The notes under the pieces were generated by a model. That model did no database searches. It had not been told where the DNA came from and saw only the letters and a program-made list of their open reading frames with translations. Shown here piece after piece: positions 27,040 to 38,282 of a stretch of DNA of 64,000 nt (its first letter is position 1; each line of letters starts with the position of its first letter). The translations under genes and the position numbers were made by a program. The DNA comes from Isurus oxyrinchus (Eukaryota): assembly GCA_026770705.1 (NCBI GenBank), contig JANJGN010000021.1, forward strand, positions 98,394,001 through 98,458,000, written 5' to 3'.

Positions 27040-27850
27040 TATGAAACAAACATTGACACTGAGTCAGTGGACGAGATATTAGAATGAAGCATTGAAAGCT
27101 CGGACAGATGTGCAAATTAGTGGAGTGCCTTAAAGGAGAAGAGAGGGCTGGGGCTTTAGGAAATACATTCCGCAGTTTAGCGTCTCAAAGCCTGAAGCCA
27201 GGGCCGCCAATTTTCGAACAGAGGGGTGGGGAATGGGATGTGCTGCACGAGACTGGACATGGAGAAAGGCAGAGTTCTCTGAGCGTTACAGGGCTGAAGG
27301 AGCTTACCATGATCTGAAGGGCAGAGGCAACTGAACAGAACGGTGAGCGTTCAAAATTGAGTAACCGATGGATTAGGAGTCAGTGCACGCCAGCGAGCCC
27401 GGGAATTATGGCTTGACGAGACTAAGTGTTCGTTGGGATATAGGTACCAAAGTTCTGGATTGGCTCAAATTTAGGTACAGTGAAAGATGGTAAGCCAGCC
27501 AGGACAGGGTTTAATCAAAACGTGATTAAAGCTGCAGGTAATCAAAGCATTTATGACAATGCTTGCGGTTTATGGAATGTTACGGGAGTGAACATAGGTG
27601 ATCTTTCTGATAGACATGATATGTAGTTGGAAGTTCAGCTCAGGTTCAGATCAGACGCCGTGGTTGTGAACAAGCGGGTTCAGCCTGTGGCAAAGACCAG
27701 TGTGTTGTAATTGGAAGGTAGCGAATACAGTTTGTGGCAAGCTTCGAGAAATTGGTTTCAGGCATCCCAATGTATACATGGGGGAAATTCAACTCAATCA
27801 GGATTAAAAGTCAGACAACGAGTCTGACAACGCAGGCACTGTTGAAAAGA
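27040..27850 (-). mobile_element. L2-like LINE 3' remnant
   Basis: Decayed TTAAAGGAGAAGAGAGG..GGGGCTTTAGGAAATACATTCCGCAG pattern, also seen at 36790-36990. Confidence 0.5.
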
Positions 27851-27859
27851 GTGGGAAGT

Positions 27860-28323
27860 TGTTGCAGTTCACCTCTAAAAACCACCAGGAGACTCAGGTA
27901 CAGGCTACACTCGCTTATTAATTATTCAAGTGTGCGCAGAGAGAGACAGCCTTGGGCAGTCCAAAACTGTAGTCTAAAGTACAAGTGTTCAGGACTTATA
28001 TACACCTTTGATCAAGGACACATGTTCCAATCTGTCAATTTACAATCACATGCTTCTCCGGTTTCAGTTAGCTGTTTCCCTTGTGTACATACAGCAAGCA
28101 ATGTTCTCGTCCATTCAGGACCAACATTCCTTGCTGATTGTTCAGGAGGCTGGGCCTCATTGATTTCAACACCATTCCCTGGTCTTGTACTTTGTTCTAC
28201 TAGCTTATTTGTCTCATTCCTTATCCTGTCTCAAGCAAATCTGCCACTCTCCAGTTCTGCTTTTCTGCTTATACTTTGTTTTTATTAAAAGGTACTTCGA
28301 ACCAAAATCGTTAAACCTTTCTA
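27860..28323 (-). mobile_element. 3' LTR of endogenous retrovirus
   Basis: On the - strand it follows the polypurine tract AAAAAGGGGGG (28335-28325), contains TATATAA (~28002-27996) and ends in GCAACA at 27860; shares CCTGTACCTGAGTCTCCTG with the LTR at 59819-59837. Confidence 0.75.
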
Positions 28324-28440
28324 GCCCCCCTTTTTGGCCCTTGGCCTAACGCAAGGTAGCCAACACAGTGGTATTGCCCCTTTCCTTATGCTCCATTGAT
28401 ACTTATCAGGTATTGAGCTTAGGGTTATAAGGGTTTCGGC

Positions 28441-30000
28441 TTATACCATCTGTACAGGTTGGCCCTGCAATCCGAGCACTTGCCTCTCTCGTTTAGCCCC
28501 CGAATTCATGAAACCCCATTCTCTTTGCCCTCTCTTGTGTGTCCTCCTGGTGTAGTAAACCAAGTATGGTAAATGTAGAACCAATACCAACTGGGCGATC
28601 GCCAAAACATGGGAGTTGATCCTCATCACTGGGTGTACCTGTACATTTGAACCCCAATTCCAAAGGTCTTTCCACCAAGCGGTGGTGTCTATTTGCTGCA
28701 CGTCGTCCGTGTTTAACCCGTTGCTGCAGCGTATAATAGGTTTTTGTACCCGTTAGGCTCATCACGGATATCTGTAAGGTGTTCAGGTAACAGTGGAATT
28801 TCATAGGAAAACTGCTCAAATACTGTGTCAGGTTTTCTTTCATGCCTTCCTCTGCCTGCACGTTAACTTGTCCCTTTTGCAGTTCTACCTTCCCACCCTA
28901 GCAGGCATCTGTATGTATAGACACACCACAGGGCTGGTTATAGAACAAGGTCGATTGTTCCCATATTGGTATTCTGGTTGTGATGTATTAAGGCAATATC
29001 TCCCTGTACCCAGGTGTGCAACGTGAGTTGGTTCCACCGTAGCCCATATAGCTTGCGTTGTACCACTCGCTGTTGCATTAAACCCGCACTTCGCTTCTTC
29101 TGTTTCATATATCCGATGTGGACGCACCACAGAGGAGGCCTCTACTCTCTCTCTCTCTAATGTGGTGCTTACTATACTATTCTCTATTTCTACTGCATAT
29201 GGCGGTATAATATGATACCTCACATAATAATTACCCCTAATTACCCCAATATTCTCTACTCTATATGATGTCTGAGTGGGCGTTGATTCTGGTATAACTG
29301 GAATTGCCAAAACAATGTCGATTAACATATAATTATTCACATAACACTTAGCATCAATTCTATATATATGCGTTAGCCCCCTGAGCCAGCAAACAGTTAA
29401 ATCATGATTCTTACGTTGTGACAGGATAAACAAGTGCACATTCGTTATCCACAGGGGTAGTTGACCGCATCATCTGAGAGGTTTTTTCTTTACATTAAGC
29501 ATGGCTCCCTAGTACATTGGCCAAGCTCTGGGTTATGCGTGTCAGGTCTTGGTCAGTACTGAGTTGCCTGTCCTGGGTCCCTCGTCCATTCTCCAGAATT
29601 TTCTTAATTTGAGAACTTGGGATCCGGACTTTTTGGTCTACTGTTGCTAAATCAATCGAATTTATCACTGAAGTCCCTGCGTTAAATGCTGTGGTGACAT
29701 CATTAACCAGCCTACATTTCAGTCGACATTTTCCCTGAACAGGGGTTGTAGCCATGGGCCGCCCTCCACCGTTAGACGGCCTGTGTTGTCACTTGTTATA
29801 TCAGAGCTGCATGCCGTGCTCCGGTCTGACCCGAGCACTACTCAGGGAAGTCAACATCAGAGACGTTTAAGACGACGAGTAGCAGCTCGTGGTGAACATT
29901 ATCATACCGAGTTTTGTTCGCTTTTATCAGCACTAGCCTATTCTCTGGCCCAGGCCGCAGTGCTGGACAAAGGGAATCAGATAATTGTGGCCGTGGCGTT
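28441..30000 (-). pseudogene. env: Decayed retroviral env, class I fusion protein of F type (lokiretrovirus-like)
   Basis: Segments in order: PGPENRLVL..NVHHELLLVVLN; degenerate basic cleavage site RLKCR followed by LVNDVTTAFNAGTSVINSIDL and a heptad; IPVI..YRVENIG and a Cys-rich region; WWKDLWNWG; hydrophobic TM VLAIAQLVLVLHLPYLVYY; basic tail. Several stops and frameshifts. Confidence 0.75.
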
Positions 30001-30124
30001 TTGCTTCTACTTGTTAAATCAATTATCGCTGTTGTTGCAGCATAATTCCTACCGATTTAACTACAAGACCTCCAGCCCTCACTAGTTGGTCGCGATTAGT
30101 TCCGTAAAATAAGATCAGTTAATA

Positions 30125-30550
30125 CCATGCTTCAATTGCGACCAGTGCTTCCAGGTCCTTCCCTTTCATATCCACACAGGCGCAAGTATCGCTAATCATT
30201 ACCATCTCATTAAGTCCTACCGCCGGGTGCAAAACCTGTTTTTTCTAGCGTTATATTCAGCATTGCCTTAACCCTCACTTCAGGCATGTGCTAAGAGAGC
30301 CGGCCCCCTTACTCCTTTCCTGCTCCGCTATCTCCTGCTGCTGTCTCACCTTGGACCTCAATCAGTTAAGCTGTCTACACAACTCTTCAATGCACCTTCC
30401 TATCCTATCTTTCAATGACTCAGTACCTCACGTCCAGTGATGGTTCTCTCTGGGAGCCCCTTAACTCTGCCTGTCATCATGGTGTTAATCCTGTGGTCTT
30501 ATTTTTTGTAGCTTGCAGGCACATTAATATAATCAGTAATACATCTAATT
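30125..30550 (-). pseudogene. pol: Retroviral integrase C-terminal remnant
   Basis: - strand reads DVLLIILMCLQATKNKTTGLTP / MTGR (30545-30468) and WKHWSQLKH (30154-30128), typical late-core and C-terminal integrase motifs. Confidence 0.7.
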
Positions 30551-31494
30551 AGACATTTTCTAGCTTTCCCTTTTTCCCTGTATCCATCTTATGGTAAATT
30601 GTTGTTAAGTATTATTTTTCCTTACCCTTCAGATGCCTCAACTACAGATTCTTTATGCTTTGATCTTTAAGCTTTTTTGGTACTCCTTCTGACCATTGTT
30701 ATCCTAAGATTCTCTTGAAATCAATTTCTCTATTGCCTTGATCATTTCAAATGTTTCCTTACTTTTTAGGCCATATTAACCATTCCATATCCATGGGAAC
30801 CCTGTCTTCAGATGTTTGCTTATCTCCTCTTTTGTGCCTCCAATGTCTCAGGTGATGGCCAGATTATAAAGTTCAGTTCTCTGAAGAACAGCTTGTATAT
30901 TGTGTCCTCTTTATGTAACACTATCTCCTACCCTTAATCATTCCCCCATACCATTTTACACATGCAATAGCTACTATCTTATCTCATTCTGGTTATTTGG
31001 AGAGATTTTACAATCCAGTGAAGTATTCTCATAATATTTTTAAAACAGAAAGCAAGCATTTCTATTTGATTCCAGGCATTAACATGCTTTACTTCCGTAT
31101 CTTTTTCTCCTCGAACAATATTTTTTTTTCTCAAAAGTAAGCCACAAGATTCTTCATTTTAGAATTATGCCAGATTCATTAACTCTGCCAAAAATTGGAT
31201 TTCTGCCAAACTTTGTCAAGGTCTTGAGCTTAACTTTATATTTTGGGAACAACATACAAAAAGCTTGCAGCATTTGAATTAGTGTCAATTGTTGTCAAAT
31301 AAAAATTCCCTTTTGAGAACATTATCAGGAAACAAATCCCAAATTTTAAACTTTGCAAGAACTGTAATTTACACTCGCAAAATTAAAACTACCTCTTTCT
31401 CATGTATATAAATGTGTATCCAGACTTAAAGTCCCACATGTTTATCAACAGATATTCTTTATCTTCAATAGCATCCTAGTTATTCAAAAGTGTT

Positions 31495-31830
31495 TTTTTA
31501 TTCATTGGAGATAGGCATCGTTTCCTCGGCCAGCATTTATTCCCATTCCTAATTGCCCTTGTTGAGAGAGCATTTAAGAGTCAACCACATTGCTGTATGT
31601 GTGGAGTCACTTGTAGGCAAGGCCAGCAGCTGTTTTTCCCTAAAGCAAACCAGATTGTTTTTTACAACAATGGTCATAATTCAATGAAAACTTTCAACTC
31701 CAAATTTTCAATGAGGACAAATACCACCATTTGCTATGGTGGGGCTCAAACCCAGGCCTGCCAGAACATTACTCTCACTCTCTTGATTCTAGTCCAGCAA
31801 CAATACCATTATACCATCGCCTTGCTTAAT
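31495..31830 (-). mobile_element. SINE (same family as 4582-4920)
   Basis: GGCCAGCATTTATTCCCATTCCTAATTGCCC..TTAAGAGTCAACCACATTGCTGT..CCAGAACATTAC..TACCATTATACCATCGCC. Confidence 0.7.
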
Positions 31831-32759
31831 CCGAGCTACTAAATTATATATCATTTTTCACATCTCAACATAGTCCCAAATTCAAATAGCAGTACTATTG
31901 GGATGCACATTTTGTTTCATATTTAATTCATCCCTTCTTTAAAAAGAAACCCTTTTTTATCAATAGAAACCACCTAGGCCCTGTGTTTATGCCTTCTGGT
32001 TTTCCTAGAATCATTTTGAATTTCAGATTTTGTTTGCCTCAGAATGTTTAGAACACCAACATGCATGAACAAAAATTAACTCCTCAATCCCAATCAGCTT
32101 GGAAACTTGTGGAAAGAGTTACTCCCTGCTAGTCTGCATGGGGTGATGCAAAGGCTGGTTCATCTCAAACAAAGGGGAACACTGCTTTTTCTTTCCAATA
32201 TAGTGGAGCTGCGATTTTTGCCAGAAATCTCAACTCGAATCCTATACTCAGAACATTGGAATGTTTGACTATACTTATCCTTCAATCTACTATGAGGCTT
32301 TTGACTCTTAAGTACTGAACTCCACACACAAATGACAATTTAGGGAAGAAAACATATTAAAGCTTACATACACATTCATCCTTGCACACAAACACACACA
32401 TATATAAAGGTATCTGTGTGTCCATTCTTATATTCGATTTTTCTTAACAACTTAAACATTGTTCTCAGCCAGCGAACTTCTAACTAAAATCGCTTAACCC
32501 TTTCAGAAGTGAAGCAAAGCTGGCTGACCTCAGTTGAAATATAAAACTCCTGTCATATTTTCTGATGACTCCACTGAGAAACAACCTGTAGGTGAGAAAC
32601 AAGAAGGGAACAAGAAGAATTCCTTGGGGCCCCCAGAGGTAATAACATAGGGAAGGGATTAACTAATTGAAGGTGATCCTCTGCCCCTCACTTCGTAAAG
32701 AACAGTTGAACTCGGGGGTGGAAATTTCGCTCAGCTAGGCAAAGGAGGAGAAGTGTTGT

Positions 32760-33560
32760 CATAGAAGCACAGAATCACAGTGCAGAAGAGGACCTTCGGC
32801 CCATCGAGTTTGCACTGACACGTGAAAAACACCTGACCTACCTACCGAATCCCATTTACCAGCACTTGGCCCATAGCCTTGAATGTTATGACATGCCAAG
32901 TTCTCATCCAGGTACTTCTGAAAGTATGTGAGGCAACCCACATCCACCACCCTCCCAGGCATTCCAGACCATCACCATCCTCTGGGTAAAAAAGCTTTTC
33001 CTCAATCCCCACTGAACCCCCTGTCCCTCACCTTGAACTTATATCCCCTCGAGACTGACCCATCAACTAAGGGGAACAGCTGCTCCCTATCCACCCTGTC
33101 CGTGCCCCTCATAATCTTGTACACCTCGATCAGGTCGCCCCTCAGTCTTCTCTGCTCAAACGAAAGCAACCCAAATCTATCCAACCTTTCTTCATAACTT
33201 AAATGTTTCATTCCAGGCAACATCTGGTGAATCTCCTCTGCACCCCCTCCAATACAATCACATCCTTCCTATAATGTGGCGACCAGAACTGCACACAGTA
33301 CTCCAGCTTGACCTCACCAACGTTCTATACAACTCCAACATGACCTCCCTACTTTTGTAATTTATGCATTGATTGATAAAGGCAAGTGTCCCATATGCCC
33401 TTTTCACCACCCCACTAACATACCCCTCCGCCTTCAGAGATCAATGGACACTTTGTTCCGCAGAAGTTCTTAGTGTCATGCCATTCATTGAATACTTCCT
33501 TGTCAAATTACTTCTTCCAAAGTGTATCACCTCATACTTTTCAGGGTTGAATTCCATTCA
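32760..33560 (-). mobile_element. CR1 LINE 3' end
   Basis: [45 protein letters not shown]-terminal ORF2 motif. Confidence 0.92.
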
Positions 33561-34334
33561 GTCAGCAGTGTCATAGTCCACAGACAGGTCGACAAAGAAT
33601 ATGGATTGTGCACTATGGTCACACCAACGTTGGATATTGTTCATTACAGAAATGTGTCAAAGTTGAAATAATTTTTATGTAGAGAGTCATGGCAGGAGAT
33701 TTGAAAAAGACCAAGACAATACCAAAGGAGAAACAATTCTTAACAATACTAGCTAAATTGAGGGAACGGCAGGAAAGTTAAGTGGTGATCAGTTTAATAG
33801 AAAGGTGGGTCAAAAGAGGAGGAGGTCTCAAGAACAAAACAACATTTTAGATGGCATGAGATGGGAGAAGAGAACACGAACTGTACGAGTTCAAGTCTAG
33901 GGCAGAGGTTGGGACTTTGGAGGACATTTGACAGAATGAGATGTTTAAGCAAAGCGTTGGCACGGGAAGAAAGAGCAGGCATTACCTCTACATTCCAGAA
34001 TGGTGCTGCACTACCGAGCAGATTTCACAGAGAAGACCATTGTGCTTGTTCAGAAATGAAAGCTTTCTGCGTTCCAAACACATCAAGTGATTAGTGGCTC
34101 AATAGTGTTGCGCCAGTTATATTTAAATCTGGGCCTGGTCTACCTCCGAAAGAGAAATTTGTGGATATATCAGGGGGGGAAATGATGGCGAGAATGTACA
34201 GGTGGTTCTACGGCAGACCACAGACATCAGGAGTGAATGGAGGGTTGAAGGCAAGACTCTCGGCGGTTTGGAAGTTTGTGGTATGTGATTTGGAGGACAG
34301 TTTATTCCAAGGATGATGGCATGACAGCACCATA

Positions 34335-35970
34335 GTCTCCAGTTAGCCTGGAATAGCCCTGGAGTCCTCAAGATTGACTCCATATTCCATGAAGTTTCAT
34401 GGATTTGGGTTAAACATGGGCAAGGAAAGTTCCTGCTCGTTGTGACTATCCACACTCCCACAGCTGATGAAGGAGTATTCCTCCATGTTGACCAACATTT
34501 GAAAGAAGCGCTGAGGGTGGCATGGCACAGAATGTACAACAACTGAGGGCGTCAATTTTAAATGCCGTGAGTGGTTCAATAGGGTCATTTACTTAGAGGG
34601 AACCACTTATCATGGTGGACAAACCCTGAAGCGCAGAGCTGACAGGCTGGGCCTAAAGCAGGTGGTGAGGGAACTAAAACAAGAGGTTAGTCTCTTTGCC
34701 CTCATTCACAGCAATCAAATGATGCGCTTGCATCTGTCCATGACAACAGGGGTATGAGTGCCCATCACACTGACCTTGCAGAAATGAAGTCCCGTCTTCA
34801 CACTGAGGACACATTCCATCATGTAGCATGGCATTACCACTGTGCTAAATGGGATGGATTCATATCAGATCAAACAACTTGAAATTTGGCATCTATTAGC
34901 CGCATTAGGCAATCAGCAGCAGCAGAACTGGATTCAACAACAACCTCATGCCCAGGAAAGCATCAAGACAAAGAGCACATCCTAGTTAATGAGGAGCATG
35001 GAGGCGAATGGGAGGAACAGCTCTAAGTGTACCTAAAAATGATTTGCCAACAGGCGACCCTGCAACACAGGATGCAACTACATGTATGCGAAAGAGCGGA
35101 AACAACTTGCTCTAAATAGAGCCAAGCAATCCCACATCCAAATGTGAACGGCCATGGAAAATGAAGTAGCAGACAATGGGTGCTCCATGAACAGTCGGAG
35201 CTCAGAAGTGAGTGCAAAAGGCAAAACTGAATATTTGCAACAATTCTCAGACAGATTTTGTAATTGGATTGTCCTCTCCCTGAGATCCCCGCTGAGACAG
35301 AAAACAATCTTTATCCAATTCAATTCACTTCACCTGATAACAAGACATTTCTGACTGCATTTGATGTAGCAAGGCTCCAGGCCATGCCAGCATCCAGCTG
35401 TAGTGCTGAATAATTGTGTTCCAGCGCCAACTACACCTGTAGTCAAGCTCTTCCAGTAGAGCGACAGTACTTGGCATATACCTGACAAAGTGAAACATTG
35501 CCTGGGAATTCCCTGTCCATAATAAAACAGGACAAATCCAACGATATCACCTTCAATGTCGCTGGGTCAAAATCCTGGAACTCCCTACGATAAAAGCAAA
35601 ATACTGCGGATGCTGGGAATCTGAAACAGAAATAAAAAAAACTGAAAAAACTCAGCAGGTCTGACAGCATCTGCAGAGAGGAATGCAGTTAACATTTGGA
35701 GTCCCTATGACTCTTCATCAGAACTGAAGAGTCATACGGACTCGAAACATCAACTGTGTTCCTCTCCGCAGATGCTGTCAAACCAGCTGAGTTTTTCCAG
35801 CTATTTTTATTTTTTTCTGGAACTCCCTAACAGCACCGTGATGTACCTACAAAGCTGGGGCTGCAGCCGTTCAAGAAGCTAGCTCACCACTACCTTCTCA
35901 AGGGCAATTAGGGATGGATAATAAATGCTGGCCCAGCCAGTAATGCCCGAATCACCTGAATGAACAAACA
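34335..35970 (+). mobile_element. Degenerate, internally deleted CR1, paralogous to 1620-2880
   Basis: Colinear similarity (GGAGTCCTCAAGATTGACTCCATATTCCATGA; CGCATTAGGCAATCAGCAGCAGCAGAACTGGATTCAA) and the same deletion junction. Confidence 0.75.
35588..35816. mobile_element. Palindromic Penelope-end mini-element with 13-bp TSD
   Basis: Inverted arms AAAACTCAGCAGGTCTGACAGCATCTGC and GCAGATGCTGTCAAACCAGCTGAGTTTT; flanked by CTGGAACTCCCTA at 35575-35587 and 35817-35829. Confidence 0.85.
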
Positions 35971-35979
35971 AAAAGAATA

Positions 35980-36790
35980 CAGCTCCAAGTCAGAATGGTA
36001 AGTGACTTGTAGGGGAACTTGCAGGTGGTGATGTTCCCATGCAATGCTGCCTTCCTCCATCAATGTGCTAGATTCGCTGGTTTGAAACCTTGGCGAGTTC
36101 CTGCAGTGCAGTTTATAGATGATATGTACTGCTGCTACTATGCATCGGTGTTGGAGGGAGTGAATGTTTAACGTGGTGGTTAGGGTGCCAATCAAGCGGG
36201 TTCATTTGTCCTGGACAGTGTCAAGTTTCTTGTGTGTTGTTGAAGCTGCATTCATCCAGGCAAGTGGAGAGTGTTCCACCACATTCCTGACTTGTGCTTT
36301 GTAGATGGTTTGGGAGAAAGAGGGTGAGTTACTCACTGCATGATTCGCAGCCTTTGAGCTGTCCTCTATTTACTCATTCATGGGATGTGGGCATCACTGG
36401 CCAGGCCAGCATTTATTGCCTTTCCCTAATTGCCCCTGAGAAGTTGGTGGTGAGCCACCTTCTTGAACATCTACAGTCCATTTAGTGTAGTTACACCCAC
36501 AGTGCTGTAGCAGCAGTATTTATATGGTTGTTACAGTTTATTTCCTGATCAGTGGGAACCCCCAGGATGTTGATTGTGGGGCATTCAGATATGGTAATGC
36601 AACTGAATGTCAAGGGGAAATGGTTAGACTCTCTCTTGTTCAATTTGGTCATTGTCTTGCAGGCCACTATCTTGTATTGTGTGGCACGAATGTTACATGC
36701 TACTTAGCAGCTCAAAGCTGAATCTTACTGCATCTGGGCATGGACTGCTTCAGTATCGAAATAGTTGTGGATATTATGGAACATAAGGAT
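35980..36790 (-). mobile_element. Nested CR1 3' fragments
   Basis: IHSLQHRCIVAAVHIIYKLHCRNSPR translation; inserted LINE/SINE tail at 36370-36510. Confidence 0.7.
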
Positions 36791-37339
36791 GTATTAAGGA
36801 AGATGACAAAAATACTGGTCAGAGAGGTAGGTTTTAAGCAGTGTCTTCATGGAGGAAAGTAAGTTACAGAGGCGAAGAGGTGCTGCTGGTGTGTGTTTGA
36901 GGTTGGGAGCGGGTGGAGTGGGTGGTGCATTCCAGAGCTCAGTTCATAGACAACTGAAGTCATGGACTTCAATGGTTTAGTGATTAAGTTAATGAAGGAA
37001 AAACTTGCTCATGAGCAGCCGATCCACCACCAGCCATTTGAAGTGACCACGGAATTTGGAAGCCCATATCTCCTACATATGTATCATTCATGATAAAGGA
37101 AACAGAACAAATCGTGTGGTCAGCAGGGAAGCAGAGGTGAATGCCGTTGGCTGCAGCACGGATCCATCCACGGGGAGAGTTGGGGAGGTGTAGTTATGGC
37201 AAAGCCATGTCTCCTTTAAAATCATCGGCTGAAGACACCCTCCTTTGAGGTCTGCCTTCAACTTAATGACAGGTCAGTATTTTAATGAGTTTTTAATTAT
37301 TTCAATTGCTTAAAGTAATCTACTTTTGATTGTCACTAC

Positions 37340-38160
37340 CACGCCAGTACACCACCCTCCCACACCCCTGTACACTATCCACCCAGATCCCGCACCACCC
37401 ACACCAGCCTCAGTACACCACCCACCCCCACACTGCACCACCTAGCCCCACCCCTGTACACTATCCCCCCACCCCCGCACCACTCACACCATCTCAGTAC
37501 AATTTCCACCCCCACCCCATTGCATCCGCTACCCCATCCCATACGAGCCATCCCCATTCCAGTACAGCAACCACCCCCACCCCACACCACCCACCCCCAC
37601 CCTAGTACACCAACCACCCCCACGCCACACCACATGCCCCCAGCTCACAACACCTGCCCCAAGCGCAATGAACAACCCACCCCAGTACACCACCCACCCC
37701 CACCCTACACCACCCACCCCCACCCCTCAGCATCCAGCCCAACCCTAGTACTCCATCCACACACATCCCACACCACTCACCCCCAGCCCACAACACCCAC
37801 CCCAAGCGCAGTGCCCCCACCCACCCCCACTCCAGTACACCACCCAACCTTCCCCCACACTACCCACCCACCCCCACACCACTCACCCCAACGCCAATAC
37901 ACCACCCACCCCTCATCCTACACCACCCACCCCCACCCCACACTAGTCACCCCCACCCCAGTACACCACCCACACCATCCACCCCACCCCAGTACACCAT
38001 CCACCCCCATCCCACACCAGTCACCCCCACCCCAATACATCACCCACACCACCCACCCCCACCCCCCCACACCACCCACCTCCACCCCAGTACACCATTC
38101 CCCTCCCTGCAACACCCTCAGGACCCTCCCCACCCCCCCCCCCCCCCCCCCCCCACCCCC
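37340..38160. repeat. C/A-rich degenerate minisatellite (CCCCAGTACACCACCCACC-type unit)
   Basis: Recurrent CAGTACACCACCC motif among C runs; poly-C at 38133-38154. Confidence 0.9.
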
Positions 38161-38182
38161 ACAATATCGAATCTATCCCCAC

Positions 38183-38282
38183 TGTGTGTTTGTACATGTG
38201 TTTGGTGTGCGTATGTGTGTGTGTGTGCTTTTCTGTGTGTGTGTGTTTTCTGGTGTCTCGTCTGTGTGCGTGTCTGTGCGTA
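38183..38282. repeat. (GT)n-rich microsatellite
   Basis: Direct inspection. Confidence 0.9.

Noticed and set aside
27734-28288. 184-aa + strand ORF
   Set aside because: Spans an L2 remnant and the antisense strand of the LTR; chance ORF.
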